DNA of 64,000 nt from Spizellomyces punctatus DAOM BR117 (Eukaryota): assembly GCA_000182565.2 (NCBI GenBank), contig KQ257453.1, one strand, 5' to 3'. The notes under the pieces were generated by a model. The model saw nothing but the letters and a program-made list of their open reading frames with translations, did no database searches and had not been told where the DNA came from. How positions within the stretch are numbered: position 1 is the first letter of the stretch; the number at the start of each line of letters is the position of its first letter. The position numbers and the translations under genes are program-made. Below are positions 36,701 to 49,588 of the stretch, piece after piece.

Positions 36701-37670
36701 TATTCTTTAAAAGAGTCATCGGCAGCCTTACCAGGCTGTACTGTTTTCAGTACTTCCCACTGGCGCTTGCACAAGGCCGTCCGTCCCTATAATGAAGAGC
36801 TCCATCGTTCCTTCCCGAAATGTTCCCAGTACATCCCGCTCGACCTTTCGTGTTACGGAAGCGTTGATGTGACTTCCAAGAACACCAATCTGCGTTTCGT
36901 TCATCGCAAAAAGTGGGAGAGCAACGTCCAGCAAACGGAGCGGCTCTGTAAGATTCAGAACTCTTTGCAACAGTACTGCACCGTGCACGTCCCCAACGAA
37001 ACGGGGCGGGTTTGCAAATGGTGCATTTGCACATGCCTTGAACCACGGTCGAGCGGACACGTTTACGTTGGCTAAAACTCCGTCCGTTGCTGCCTACAAG
37101 ATTCAAGGCAAAAAGTTCGCTCTGAATACCCGAATATCAACGGATCTCTTCCTAATCGCAACCCTGACCTCAGCCCGCTCAGAACACTACCTTCACAGTT
37201 CCATCATTCGTCGTAATCCCTATCCACGAATAAAGCTCGTACGTCGCTTTCGTCTCATCCAATACCAATTGGAGTGTAGCCGAATCCGTGCTTGGATCTC
37301 GCACAAATGGCAAGGTCGAAATGATGCGCATATCCCGGTATCGCGCATATATCGTCTCATCGATCGTCCTGGCCGTGGTCATTGCAAATTGCATAAGTGA
37401 TAGGCCTGAAGATTCTCTGAGGTTGTTGATGACTGTGAAGCCCACAATGCAGGCCGATGTCAGGAGGAAAAGAATTGACACGCAGAACATTGCTACCGCC
37501 AAGCGGGACTTGAACCTCTACCTATTAAAAATGATGAACAGCGAATGCTTCAAAGTTTATATTACCTTTATCGACCGCCGGGGATCCAGCAATCGCAGAA
37601 ACCTCTGAGTTCGTGTTAATTGCTGCTCGGCTCTGCTGCTAGTTCCCGTTGAGATATTGTTAGTTGACAT
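33659..37670 (-). CDS. Hybrid sensor histidine kinase: TM-Cache-TM-HAMP-PAS-HisKA-HATPase-(pseudo)REC-REC
   Basis: H-box VGHEIRNPL, N-box GDPLRLRQIIINLFTNAVK, G1 DTGIGIS, G2 YGGTGLGLSI, receiver DIIFMDVCMPVMDGL..TMTANA..GADGYLLKP, HAMP PLLAISRAAD...DEIARLSYSLN. The last exon is 33659-33770. Confidence 0.92.
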
Positions 37671-38739
37671 GAGTTGGGAGACTAAGATATAGTTAGCGTA
37701 CACATGCAGAGTTGTCCGTAATACAAGGAACCGAGGACGAGGAGCGCCATGGCACTTACACAGGACATCGGGTGCTATGGGCTTCCTAGCAAAGTACGCG
37801 CACGACGACAGTGAGCAGAATCAAAATTTGATGTAGATGCGCCGTGAAAGCACCATGCTTTACCTCGATGGCGTGGCATTACCCGACGTTTTTCCAGTAT
37901 TCAATAATCTAAATCCCACCTCCCCCCGAATCCTCTCAATGGTGTCGTCCTTGTTCATTTGTCCAATGTGATGGAATGGTAAGGTATCATCGGTATGAGC
38001 GTTTGATAATGTTTCGGTCACAGTATGCATGTAGAATTTTGGCACAAACGGGAAATGACTGCAGAGCAAAGGGCGTAAGACGATCCCCTCGCGGTGTACG
38101 CCAAAAGGACAAGAATGCGTTCCCGCGGGATGTAAACCTTGCACGCTTTTGCCGCCCGCGACTGGGCGAGCTTCACAAGGGTTTCGCAGATCAAAACACA
38201 ATTTCCTCGTCAGAAGCGTGACATCAAAATACCCTCAGCCAAATTGAATGCAAAACAATAAACTTGAGGGACTTGAGCAATGTCTCCCCTCTGCGTCCCT
38301 TACATCCATGGGCCTTAATTTAGGAACAAACGCTTCAAGGACGCAAGAACATCAACTGAACTGGCGCGATGCGGAAAAAATTCTGGATGATTATCTAACA
38401 TACTCGGATCTACAGCCCCGACGGTCAGAACTCATCCCAAAAAACATTGCACTTTGTAGCAAGCCAATGAACGAACACATGTACTTGGCCTTGTTACCCG
38501 TGTTGAAAAGGGACGACTTTCAATTTGTGCGCACTCACTGCGTGATATCCAAAAGATCCAAATGGACAGCTACATGACCGCTTCACAGCATTGTAATCTT
38601 TTTTTTTTTTTTTTTTTTTTTGGATCACTTTTAGAGGGTGTTCACTTGTTGATTCTTCTGCCCAGTAATACAAGAATTCAATTATTCTTGGCTTCTATGT
38701 CATCTATTTAAGTATCATGCAATAAGTAATAGTAGATAT

Positions 38740-41700
38740 TTACGTTGGTTTATGCACTGATCGTCGGCGTTCTTGTTCAATTTTTTCAACAGTCTGGCTA
38801 ACAGATCCTTCTCGCACACCATCTCCACTGAGAAACTCTCTAACCAAAACATCATTGTGTTCCTTGTATCCCCCTGCACCTGGGTAAAAAGGAAAGCAGA
38901 TTAATAAATGGGCAGCAGTTGTTACATCGAAACTGCCACATACCTCTACCTCCGCCGTGTGAGACCACCCGGTGGTGAAGACCAGTACTTTCACGTCTTG
39001 CTGGTTCAGCAGCTGCCGCTGCTATCACATCAACGTCAGGATTATCATCACGCCGATGTTCCTTCTGGTATTCGTCCCCATGCTCCGGCTCAAATCCTTC
39101 TCCAGCATGATAAGGGACTGGATAGCCCCCAGATGGCTTACGTCGGATCTTGTGATCCGTTGGCTGTGCAGGAGGATTGAATGAACCCTGTACATCAAAG
39201 CTGACCGTTGCAGGTGGGTCCCGGCGAGGGAGAGAGTGTCCTGGTGCTGCGTGCTCCGCCTCGGTGAAATCGCGGTCTTCATGTTGAAATGCAGCCGACA
39301 CACCGGCCGCTGCGGCTGCGGCTGCTGCGGAAGCAATTCTTTTGTAGTGTGTTCGGGATCGAGTCTCGACATTCATGTTCAGGGGGGGTGTTTGCGTCCC
39401 AGTATGTATCAGACGGCTGGCATCGCTGCCGATCCGCTGCATGTGATGCTGTTGCCTTGTCCTCTTGATGTTCTGCACCACGGCTGGCTGAGTGCCGCTA
39501 TCAATCGACATTCTGCGCTGCTCCTCAACCCAGTGTTCGATGCGGCTATTGTCAATTTGTACCTGCTCCATTATGATGGGTGTAGTCTGCTCATGCAAGA
39601 CTGGTGTGCGATCTTTGTCTCCAAGACTGGCAGGCATTTTGCCTTTTCGCTTTGATGCGTTCCTTCTTACGTCTGCATCTCGTGCTTCAGCTTCTTCTGC
39701 CTTCTTCTTCTCAGCATCACGGCTCGCCTTGATGAAGTTTCGCAGCTCAACGGACGCAGAAGACGAAGGGATCCGAACAACTGCTGGATTGTATGGCGGA
39801 ATGTCTGAGGAATTGGCAAGTCCCATAGAAGGCAAGTGGGATCGAAGCAATGCAGGAGATGTACACCGTTTTTGGCTAGGCTGTGGGACAGATTGGGAGG
39901 TGGCTATTGGCTCGTTAGCGGACACAATAGGGTCCTTCAAAACCGGGTTCGGTAGTGGGCCCCTTCGTCGAGGAGGAGGGACTGGATGGCTACCGTTACC
40001 ACCTCCATCAAACCGTGTATCGTCGTTGCCTGGCTTACGGGGGCCGCTTGCTTGGTCAATAGCTGATATGATCGCGCCAAATATATCTTTGAAGGATTTT
40101 GGGTCAGTTATTGCATCCTCCAACGGTGAAGCGATTACTAAGGATTCCAAAGGCCGCCTTAGAGGTGGAAGGAGGCGACTGTCAAAGGACGGATGGTGGT
40201 GACGCTCAAAGTTAGCATGCACAAGGAACGAGTAAGCCGTGTTGATGATATTTGCATGACCCTGCGCGCATAGACCCCATTAGATATGGAAAACCGCAGC
40301 TGGACTATGAAGAATATAATACCTGGACCAGCTCATGTAAAGCCCCTCCAACTTCTCGACTATATTTAGCAGCCTTGTCTACAGCCTCTTTTGCCGCGGA
40401 GACTCGCGCGATGCGCTCTCCTACTGCAGAATCGGCGGCGGATTGAGGAGCAGTATGCATGTGGGCAATCGCCGTAAACATAAATGTCTTAGATTTGATA
40501 TGATCTGACCAGTACTGTAACAGAAAAGTACACGGTAAGCACTTGATGCGCTCTGTGATAGTGCTGAGCTTCTTCTTCCAACAAAGCAGACTTCACCTTT
40601 GGAAATCGTGCTTTGCAAAGTTCTGTTGGGGCATCAGCAGCCCGGCGAGCGACTTCGTAAAAGTCTGCTGTTTGCGCTGCAATTTTTGCGGTTACCCCAG
40701 AGCTCGCTTTTGCTGAAAGGAACCAAGCAACAACAAATCTCCGTTGAGCAATTTGTTGCGTACATGTTCAAAACAATACGATATTGTAACATACTGTCAT
40801 TTGCCTTTTCGTAAAAGCATTCCATTGCTTGTGCCAGCATGAGCTCGGCCGCTGCCGTTAAGGTCGACTCGTTGAGGTCACTGGCCCGATCCAGCTTCGG
40901 TTTGAAGCGTGCGCACAATCTGTCCCGAATATAAACCAAGACGCCGGCACCTTTCTGGAGTCTCGTTTGAGAGATAGAAAGCCAATTGCCATAATCCGTT
41001 CTGAAGTACCTGAAAATAGGCAGCTGCCTTCCTTTTTCCATCAGGAGTCCAAAGGCTCTGCGCGGATGCCAAAATACTATACACGGCGGCTATGTTGAAC
41101 AAAACGCTTGCCTTCTCGTACTGAATGCAATTCGTGACAACTGCGTTGATCATGCTATCAGAAATTGATTTCCTTTCTTAAAGCCCTAGAGTGCGGCGCT
41201 TACCTTTTCTATCGGGCACGAGGCTTTCATACCAAGTGAAGTTCATTTGAATCTTAGATGAACTGAGATGAGAGGCCATCATTTGTCAGACTTTCATGAA
41301 GCAAAGTGATCCTTACTTCGTCCGTCTCAAACGGAAATTTGGGCTCTAAATACAAAAGTTGGGCGTAATAGCTTCGGGGTACCTCGTCAGCTACTCTCGA
41401 ACGCCAATGATCAAAAGAAGCACAAGCTTACTGGGAGAGTCTCTCAATTCCCACTTCAGAGCGTTCGGGAGCGCCAGCATGTATTCGGAGCTCGTTCAAC
41501 GAGTACCAGTGTGCTTCGTTTGGCAAGAGCAATCCAGTGGTATAGATGGCCTCACGACGAAGATGTTCCTCTGCATCTCCAGTGTTGCCTATTTGTTCCT
41601 CCGCAAGATAAGTTCCCGCTTCACTCAACAAAAGTTTGGCCGGGGCGGCCGGATCGGTTTGCACATCCATACGTGCAGGGTTGCTCGGTTCCAACGTTGT

Positions 41701-42111
41701 AGAGTCTCTTTGGGCCGTATTTGACTGCATCAAATCTTTGTCTACGTGCATGCGACTCAATAGTGCTAGCATAGAAGGAAGCAAGGCCCTTTTGAAATTC
41801 AAGTATTGCATGGCCGATGCTTTCAACCCCCCGATAGATCCACTAGAGCCAGTCGTACTGTTGGTGCTCTTGGATTTAAGAAGGGATATGAATGAGCCAG
41901 GAGCCGCTGGATGAGGCCCAGATGCGACTTGAGAAGACAACAGCCGATCATTGCGCTTGACAGGAACAGCGAGAAAGGTCGAGACTTCACCATTGAAGGA
42001 TATGTTTGGACCATCTTGGAAGGGAATATGCTCGGAGTATGGGGCTTCAAAAAAACGAGAAAACGACGGATGTATGACGGCCTCAATCGCCGCTTGCTCG
42101 GTCCGAAGCAT
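38740..42111 (-). CDS. BRO1-domain protein with long disordered C-terminus, multi-exon (5' end uncertain)
   Basis: Exons give FLAVPVKR, YYAQLLYLEPKFPF, FTWYEA, YEKASVLFNIAAVYS, KAAAYFQ/KGAGVL and DLNESTL..LMLAQAMECFYEKA. Confidence 0.85.
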
Positions 42112-42857
42112 GCCCTTTGCCAGTTATCCGTATCCTCCCAAGCGTCAATGTCACTAGATTATGTGTCGCTGCTCAGTGGCAAAAAGTGGAATCAAAAGCG
42201 TCATATCATATGTCGGAAAATAAATTTAAAGGTCCGCACGCATATTCCTGGTTCTTGATGACATTTTATGGGATCAATTAGGGCAACACATTATTTGAGC
42301 CCGAGCAGCCAATCTTGGCCGACTTTGGGGGAAAATAGAATGGATATCCAACCTGGACGAGTTCTGGCTGGTCCATCCGCAACCTGCGCTGCCAACAGTC
42401 CATGGCCATCTGTACTTCTATCTTTGTCTGGACTCGAGTGTGTTCCTCGATCGCCTGTGTATAGAAATCCCGGCTACTTGAATGAGTCCTAAACGGTATT
42501 CTATCACAGCTTGGATTTGAGAACCGTCGACGCATAGCTAAAGGAGAATAGCTCAGGTGTATTGATGTGATAACGTCACCCACAAAAGGACCAATACAGT
42601 CCTTTTCATGGCTCTAATGCCGTGATCGACAGACTCGGATAGCCCTTGATCAACGGGAGGACCAGATCTTACCGACATGGTCAATCGAATCGAGGACGTT
42701 TTCAATAAAAGGTTTACCTTTGCAAAGCGCTCATAAAGGTCCAAGCGCGACGTCGCGACGTTTGACAGCTCATCGACAACACCATGGCAACGAGTTCCCG
42801 TAGATCGTCGTCGTTTCCCCTCACGACATTTCCAATGGGAATGCCGCCGAGTTGGCA

Positions 42858-45800
42858 ATGTGGCCATGTCGTTCCTTCACCGTACAAGAGACTCTCCTCC
42901 CCAGAGCTCTGCGCGCGGCGGCAGTTCGTCAGCTAGGCGTCCCGTGCACATTCGGTGACCGGCTCCATTTGGGAGTCCGCGAGCCTCTGTTTGCCCGAAG
43001 TATTTCTCATAGCACGGCTCACTCTTTACTATTTGTACGTCAACAAAGAGCTACATATACCACATTTCCATCCCCCGCTGCAATCAATATCACTCCTATA
43101 CCGCCAATTTCGCAAGTAGACCAAGAGGTGTGTAAGCTTCTTAGAGATCTTCTCCTGCAGCTGTTCTTTGACGGCCAGCATTTGAGTCACAGAAAGTTAG
43201 TAATCATACGCCTGAAAGCGTCTCCGCTGGGGGCACGAGGGACGAACATGCGGGAATCTCTGATGGTCCGGTAGATAGTAATGAAGCTTCGCGCGCAACG
43301 AGCCCCCCAGTTCCGGGTGAGCCTATGAAGTCTGGTATAGTATTACCCACAAGAGCGCAACCCGTCAAGTATGAGACAGACTGGGACGATGGGGTCTTGG
43401 ACTTGATAACAAAGTCTGTGGGTGGTGAGAATGCAAACGCGGACATTGCGGATGAGATCAGTCCGGCAACTGCGTGCGGCACTATTGACAAACAAGCGTC
43501 AGATGTAGGACAGGGCGACACTAGTGTCCGTCCCGCAACTGCATGCGGCGAAGATGAGAAGCAAGCGTCAGATGTAGGACAGGGCGACACTAGTGTCAGT
43601 CCTGCAACTGCATGCGGCAAAGATGAGAAGCAAGCGTCAGATATAGGACAGGGCGACACTAGTGTCAGTCCTACAACTGCATGCGGCAAAGATGACAAAC
43701 AAGATGTAGGACAGGACGACACTAGTGTCGGCCCGGCAGCGACCGCTGATTTGGAGTCTTCTTGTGATATTACACATTTGGGCCCTACGATTACAGTCCA
43801 GGAAGTGGATTTGGCCTCTGGTGATTTACTTACAAGCTCCGAGGCGCTTTTGGGACGGAAGTCTTCAGAGCCCGTTGATGTAAATGTACTCGACATCTCC
43901 GAGGAGAATCGGACTGCAGAGGCCTCTGCAGATAAGTTCAGCGGTGCAACGCCACCGCAGGATCCGCTCTCCGTGGCAACTGCCGCTCAGTATACCGGGG
44001 CCGAAACCGCAAAGGATATCCCGACCAGGGATGGGCCATCAGAACCAGATAGCGATTTGAACATGAATCGCTTGAGCCGCATGGAGATCTCGATGGCCAG
44101 TTTAGTAGCAGAACAGGAACAAATTGCGTCCACATTAAATGGTCTAGCGACAAACATGACGGGATTAGCTACGGATATGGAGGCAACAAAGGACCAGCTG
44201 CATGCGTTCAGACATTCCGCAATTCACCGGATGGACTCCAGTGATGGTGGCTGGAGTAAAAACATGAAGCAGCTTGAAGACCGGATAGTTCAGATAGAGA
44301 GGAAAGAGCAATATCTTTGGAACAAGCTACTCCAATTGAAAGGGGAGACTGACGCAAGCCTAAAGCAACTACGTGCACAAGTTGACAAGATACCTGACCT
44401 GCTGGAGCGGCGGTTATCTGAAGCACAAGAAAAATCAACAACGCCAGCGGTCTCCGACCGGCGCTCTATAGGCTTTAACCCCACAAAGGCAATTCGAAAT
44501 AAAGTCAAATCAATCCGCAACCACACAATTACGACGGTGCAACGTGTAGTTGGTGTTGCAGATTCGATTACTGCCAAAGTTTCCGACGCCTGGTCAAGCG
44601 CCAGGCGAAAAACAGCAAGGGTCTTTATTTCTCTGGGAAATAAGGTTTCTCCATTAACACCGGAAATCTCTTCAGTGACCGAAGTAGGAGAGCGTAAACT
44701 GGATGCCGATTTACTTGTCCCAATAATTGTGAGACGCTTGACGACGGCTGGCATTCGTCCGTATACGACGGAACCTTATGCCATCTACCTTATCGACTCC
44801 ATCTCCGAAGCTGAGACTTTTATGTCGATTGTAATGGATGAATCAGGAACCTCTCCCCACCATCGCATTCGGGTTGTAGGATTTGACACTGAGACTGCCT
44901 TTCGGAACGATGAACATAACAATTTTGGACCGACGAGCATGGTGCAGATTGCCTTTGCGGAAGGCCTTGTTGGTATATTCCAGGTGTGTGAGCGGACATG
45001 ACGCTATTGGCCACGGGAATGTCATCATGCTGTTTACACAATGGCTTTTTCAGATTTATCGTATGTGCGCGGCGGAGACGTCGGGAACGTTGAAAATTGA
45101 CAAAAGTCGGTTTCCGAAATTGTTGAAGGCATTTATTTCCAGTACCATTACTATTAAAACTGGCGTTGGGATATGGGGAGATTTGAAAAACCTCCAAAGA
45201 CACTACGACGTCGAGGTGAGTTTTCTATGTGTTGCAGGCCGAGAACGGTTTGTAGATGAAAACTTTTCGACTATAGATTCCTATCGAAGCCGTGGTATCG
45301 TTAGACTCACTTGGACGCACAATTGGCGTTCAAAGATGGTCCCTCGCGGCGCTCAGTTCGCAGTATTGCGATATGGAGCTTCAGAAGGGTACCAGCCCAC
45401 CCAAAAGGTGGGACGCGCCACGAAATCTCATCTCGAGAAATGCGGTTTTGTATGCTGCCAACGATGCTCTAGCTGGTCTGAGAATATACAAGAGTATGGT
45501 CAGGCCACCTAAAGAACGGACATTAGTCTCGGATGACACTTCCGTCGAGCGAGTGCAAAGTCCCGTTATTCAATCGGGTGGCACCGCAACTACGGCAGCG
45601 TCGTTCGATGAAATTGCCGATAACATTTTTCCGAAAATGAGAAAAGCACTGTTCGGACAGCGACAAGTGGTGCCACGTCTCCAGGCTCAGAGATGGATGA
45701 TGGCAGCGGTACCTGCCTGGAAGGAGCTTTCAGATTTTGAAAAGCGAGAAAATGCACATCGATGTGTGGATATATTTATCAAGGACAGACGATTACTTCA

Positions 45801-48282
45801 GGGCCGTCGCGGCCTAGCGCTGGCGTCGCAGCATCCCACCTCTAGGTTGACGGCCAAAAATTTACCCTCAAGTCAATATGTTCTTATTGACACAAGTTCG
45901 AATGATGTGGGCGACGACAAGCTTATATTTGAGGAGATTTCAACGTCGAATACATCCAGTCCATCAAATGTGGGACGTGATACGTCGGACTCTGCAGTGA
46001 AGACTGTTCCATCCAAGCCCGCTGATCAACGCAGTGGCGTAGTGGATACCCCAGTGCAAGCAGCAAGCGGCAAACCCACAGAAAAGTCAAAGTCTACAAC
46101 TGTTGACAAATCTCCTCCTGCAAAGATCGCAAAGGAAGAACACGGCGATGCAGTGGATACCCCATTGCAAACAGCATCGGCGAGCGCCAAGCCCGCTGAA
46201 AAGTCGAAGTCTGTAGCCGTTGTTGACAAAACGCCTCCTGCGACACTTGTAAGAGACGAAAGTAGTGGTACAGTGGATAGCTCAGTGCAAATGTCAGCTG
46301 CGAACGCGAAAGCCGCGGAAGGAGAGGATGTCTTGGGCAACGCAGCCGCCAAGGTTCAATCACTTCAGGATATTGCTGACCAAATAGCTGCTGCCCTTGA
46401 CGATGCTGGCGACGCACCGTTCTTCACTATTTACAGACAGTTCTTCGATACACCCATAGCAATAAGTACCATCAGCGCGTCGATTCAAAATGGCATGAAT
46501 TGGTCGTCGATTCCGAAAACGGTCGATCGATCACTTATCAGCGATGCGTTGATACAGCGTTTACGGCAGCAAGGAAGATTAGTTGATGCCACTGTACCCG
46601 ACCGCGTACAGCTGGTCATGAAGGCAGAAGATATCCCAAAGGAGGTTCTAACGCAAATCGAAATGACTGCCGATCCATTTGTTGTGCTTTGGAAGGTGTT
46701 TAATACACGCGGAACACAGATAGGACGACTCCAGAAACACTTGGTGATGCCCCAACGAGGTCTATGGCCAGATTGTAAGAACCACAGCCAGCGACAGCTT
46801 TTCGCAATGGTGTCCGCTTGGCAGCTCTATGTGAATCAGCGACTCCTTCGTGTTGATAACAACACTTTTCGATTGGACCCGAACGATGCTGCGATCCCAA
46901 GATTAGCAGCATCCAAGCAATCGAAAAAAGACAGTAGTAAACCCGAGAAAACTAAGAAGGACAGCAGCAAAAGCAATGCGGCAAAGGAAGAGATTAGTGC
47001 AGCTGACGGTACGAAGGAGCCTCCCAACGTCTCGAAATCCAATGAGTCGAAGAATACTGGCGCAGCCCCAAAGGTCAAAGAGTCGAACGTTCCTACACAT
47101 CCGAGCTCTGTTGCAGTCATTAGCGCTTCAACAAGTTCTGAACCGTCAACCACGTGCACAAAGGAATCACATCAGTCTGCCCTAGATGCTCATGCGAGAG
47201 AAGATGGGACGACTGTGGCAAGTAGTAACGTGGAGGATGGCATTGCTCAAAATGGGATGACTGCTAGTACTGCGAATACCATTGATAGTGGCTTGCCCAT
47301 CAAGGAGTCATCTGAAGCGGAAATTAAACATGAGGTTGTGCCCATTGATACTGTTTTGATGACCATGGCGGAGGCCCAGGATCCAGGAGGGGAAGAACCG
47401 GATCCGATTGTTAGAAGTGAGGGAGACGCGCCGACGGGATCTGTTGCAACGATCAACGTCGAAAAGCATGAGAAGAACGCGGCGACAGGAACTGTTGCAA
47501 CGATCAACCTCGAAACGCATGAGCAGATCGAGGCGACAGGAACTGTTCCGATGATCAACCTCGAAACGCATGAGCAGATCGAGGCGACAGGAGCTGTTCC
47601 GATGATCAACCTTGAAAAGCATGAACAGATCGAGGCGACAGGAACTGTTCCGACGATCAACCTTGAAAAGCATGAACAGATCGAGGCGACAGGAACTGTT
47701 CCGACGATCAACCTCGAGAAGCATGAGCAGATCGACCTTTCTATTTTTGAGGATAAATCAGATACCTTGGAGCCTACAGCGACAGTACAGGCTCTGGAGA
47801 CAAACAATATGACTGAGCTTGCTTCCGATGACAATATAGCGCCCGAGGAATCCGGTTCAGCACTGAAGATCCCAACATCTGCAAGCGAAGTGAGAGAGGT
47901 ATCAGTGGAAACGCCCAATGTTGTTGAAGCACGGCACACAGCACCGCACGAAGCACATGCCTTGGTACAAACAAAAGACGTTCTCCAGACGGAGGGGCAG
48001 GCAGCATTGGGGGAAATTGAAGAGTCTAAATTACCTGTAAAATCTGATACAGCCCATATGGTAACTGAGCTGCGACAGATCCATGATGCTATCCCGCCAC
48101 AAACAACGTCTAGTGTACAAACATCAAAAAACACAGCAACGATCGGAGTTCTTGGAGACATTGAGAGATCGCGCAAGCCCGACATGAAGCACAAGGACAC
48201 CACTGCTCCAAGGGCTGCCAGTACTGTCGATCGGCAGCTAGAGAAATGGATGGCAGCGTTGCAGACGCGTAAGGAGAGGTAG
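42858..48282 (+). CDS. Large protein with WRN/EXD2-like DEDDy 3'-5' exonuclease domain, coiled coil and tandem peptide repeats
   Basis: ExoI VVGFDTET, MVQIAF, ExoII KTGVGIWGDLKNL, SLAAL, ExoIII RWDAP..VLYAANDALAGLRIY. An upstream exon from ATG 42858 splices (GT ~43128, AG ~43192) in frame into the 43325 ORF. Confidence 0.82.
43463..43740 (+). repeat. Coding minisatellite, 69-bp/23-aa unit, ~4 copies
   Basis: PATACGxDEKQASDVGQGDTSVS repeated. Confidence 0.9.
47431..47735 (+). repeat. Coding minisatellite, 51-bp/17-aa unit, ~6 copies
   Basis: ATGTVPTINLEKHEQIE repeated. Confidence 0.9.
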
Positions 48283-49588
48283 TGCAAGTTTACATGCGTG
48301 TAGATAGACATATTCTTGAAAAGTTTGTATATAGCATAGCATCATCTTATCTAAAATTTTTATTTTATTATATACCTCTGCTGGCCCGCCATTGCCCTTT
48401 TGTGTTGAACTGTTTGTGTGTTGCCAGCTGTCCAAACCAACTCTGATTTTTTCATCGAAATATTGGTTCCAATTTGCGCATTTTGTGGCTTGGAATCCAT
48501 CGATGAGATCATGACGTCAGACAGCAGAATGGAACCGGCAATTTGAGGCAGTGCTGTTTTCTCATCCATGGTTCTGCTGGTTTGAAAAGCACGAGGTGGG
48601 GCAGATTTGGAATATCTTTTCAAAAATCATCTGGCAAAATTCCAACTGGAAAGTGATTTTTTTGTGCCATGTCATTTAGCGGACTTTAATTTGGAGGAGG
48701 ACGAAACGAGAGCGTGTTGCTTCTCTCCAAAACAAACAAGTAAATAACCCGCTCGTTGTTGGTTTTTTGCAGCTTGCCCGCTCTCGCGTCTTTGCCCTGT
48801 TTTCTGCTGTGTTTACTCCAGGAATTCTTATTGTTGACAGATGGTTCCGCCCTCATCCTTTTGCTAACAAGCGTCGTCGTATTGTTGATGATTACCTTGG
48901 GGGGCGGGGTGGGGGGGCGTGGGCGAGGCGGGCTTGTCCATGGGCGATTTTGTGTTTATTTTTGGCCAGCATTACGGCTAAATGTTGGTTTGAATTCCAG
49001 GGCATTAGAATCACTTGTGTTGCCATTGCATTCCGGTACAACCATGACACAATGTCATATCGATGCATTGGAACACATTCCAATCTATGCATTCGAGTGG
49101 TGAGTGTGCACTTGTATTGGAGGGCTGAGGTTGTTATATCTTTTTGTTTTCCTTCTGGGTTTTCGTTTCCTTTTTTTTTTTTTCCCGCTTGGAGCTTTTT
49201 TTATCACCTTCATCCATAGCTGAACGGGGATTGCCACCGCCGTAAGAGGACGGCCTCGTTTCTCCTGGGGGTATCTTGTTTTCCTACTCAGTATCAAACG
49301 ACCAAAAGGACTTGTTGCTTCCGCCTCGCTTGTTTGTCTTGTTCGAGCAGGATACAGTCTAGCTAATAGCGCAACTTTGGACAAGTTTACCACGAATACC
49401 TCTCCGTCCGTGTAGGCTGCTGGCAAGTTCTTGCATTAGCTGTGCTGCCCGTGTTTGTTGAAAAAGCAAACTCAAAAAGCCAAGCGCAAAGGACGGCGCA
49501 ACGACCAATCCGGTCGGACCGTCCAGTAGTTGTGTTTTAGTAGTATCCCGCACATTTTTTACTTTTGCATATACCTCGCTCTGTGACC

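Noticed and set aside
38248-38620. 109-aa ORF followed by a T23 tract (possible retrocopy)
   Set aside because: The tract is on the wrong strand to be this ORF's poly(A) tail, there is no TSD or domain, and homopolymer runs are common in this window.
43463-47735. Regular repeats as a possible CRISPR-like array
   Set aside because: Units are multiples of 3, contiguous with no unique spacers, and in frame in a protein.
47247-48311. Long antisense ORFs (also 43204-43896, 58300-59280, 59332-60156)
   Set aside because: Shadow frames of repetitive, codon-biased genes on the other strand.
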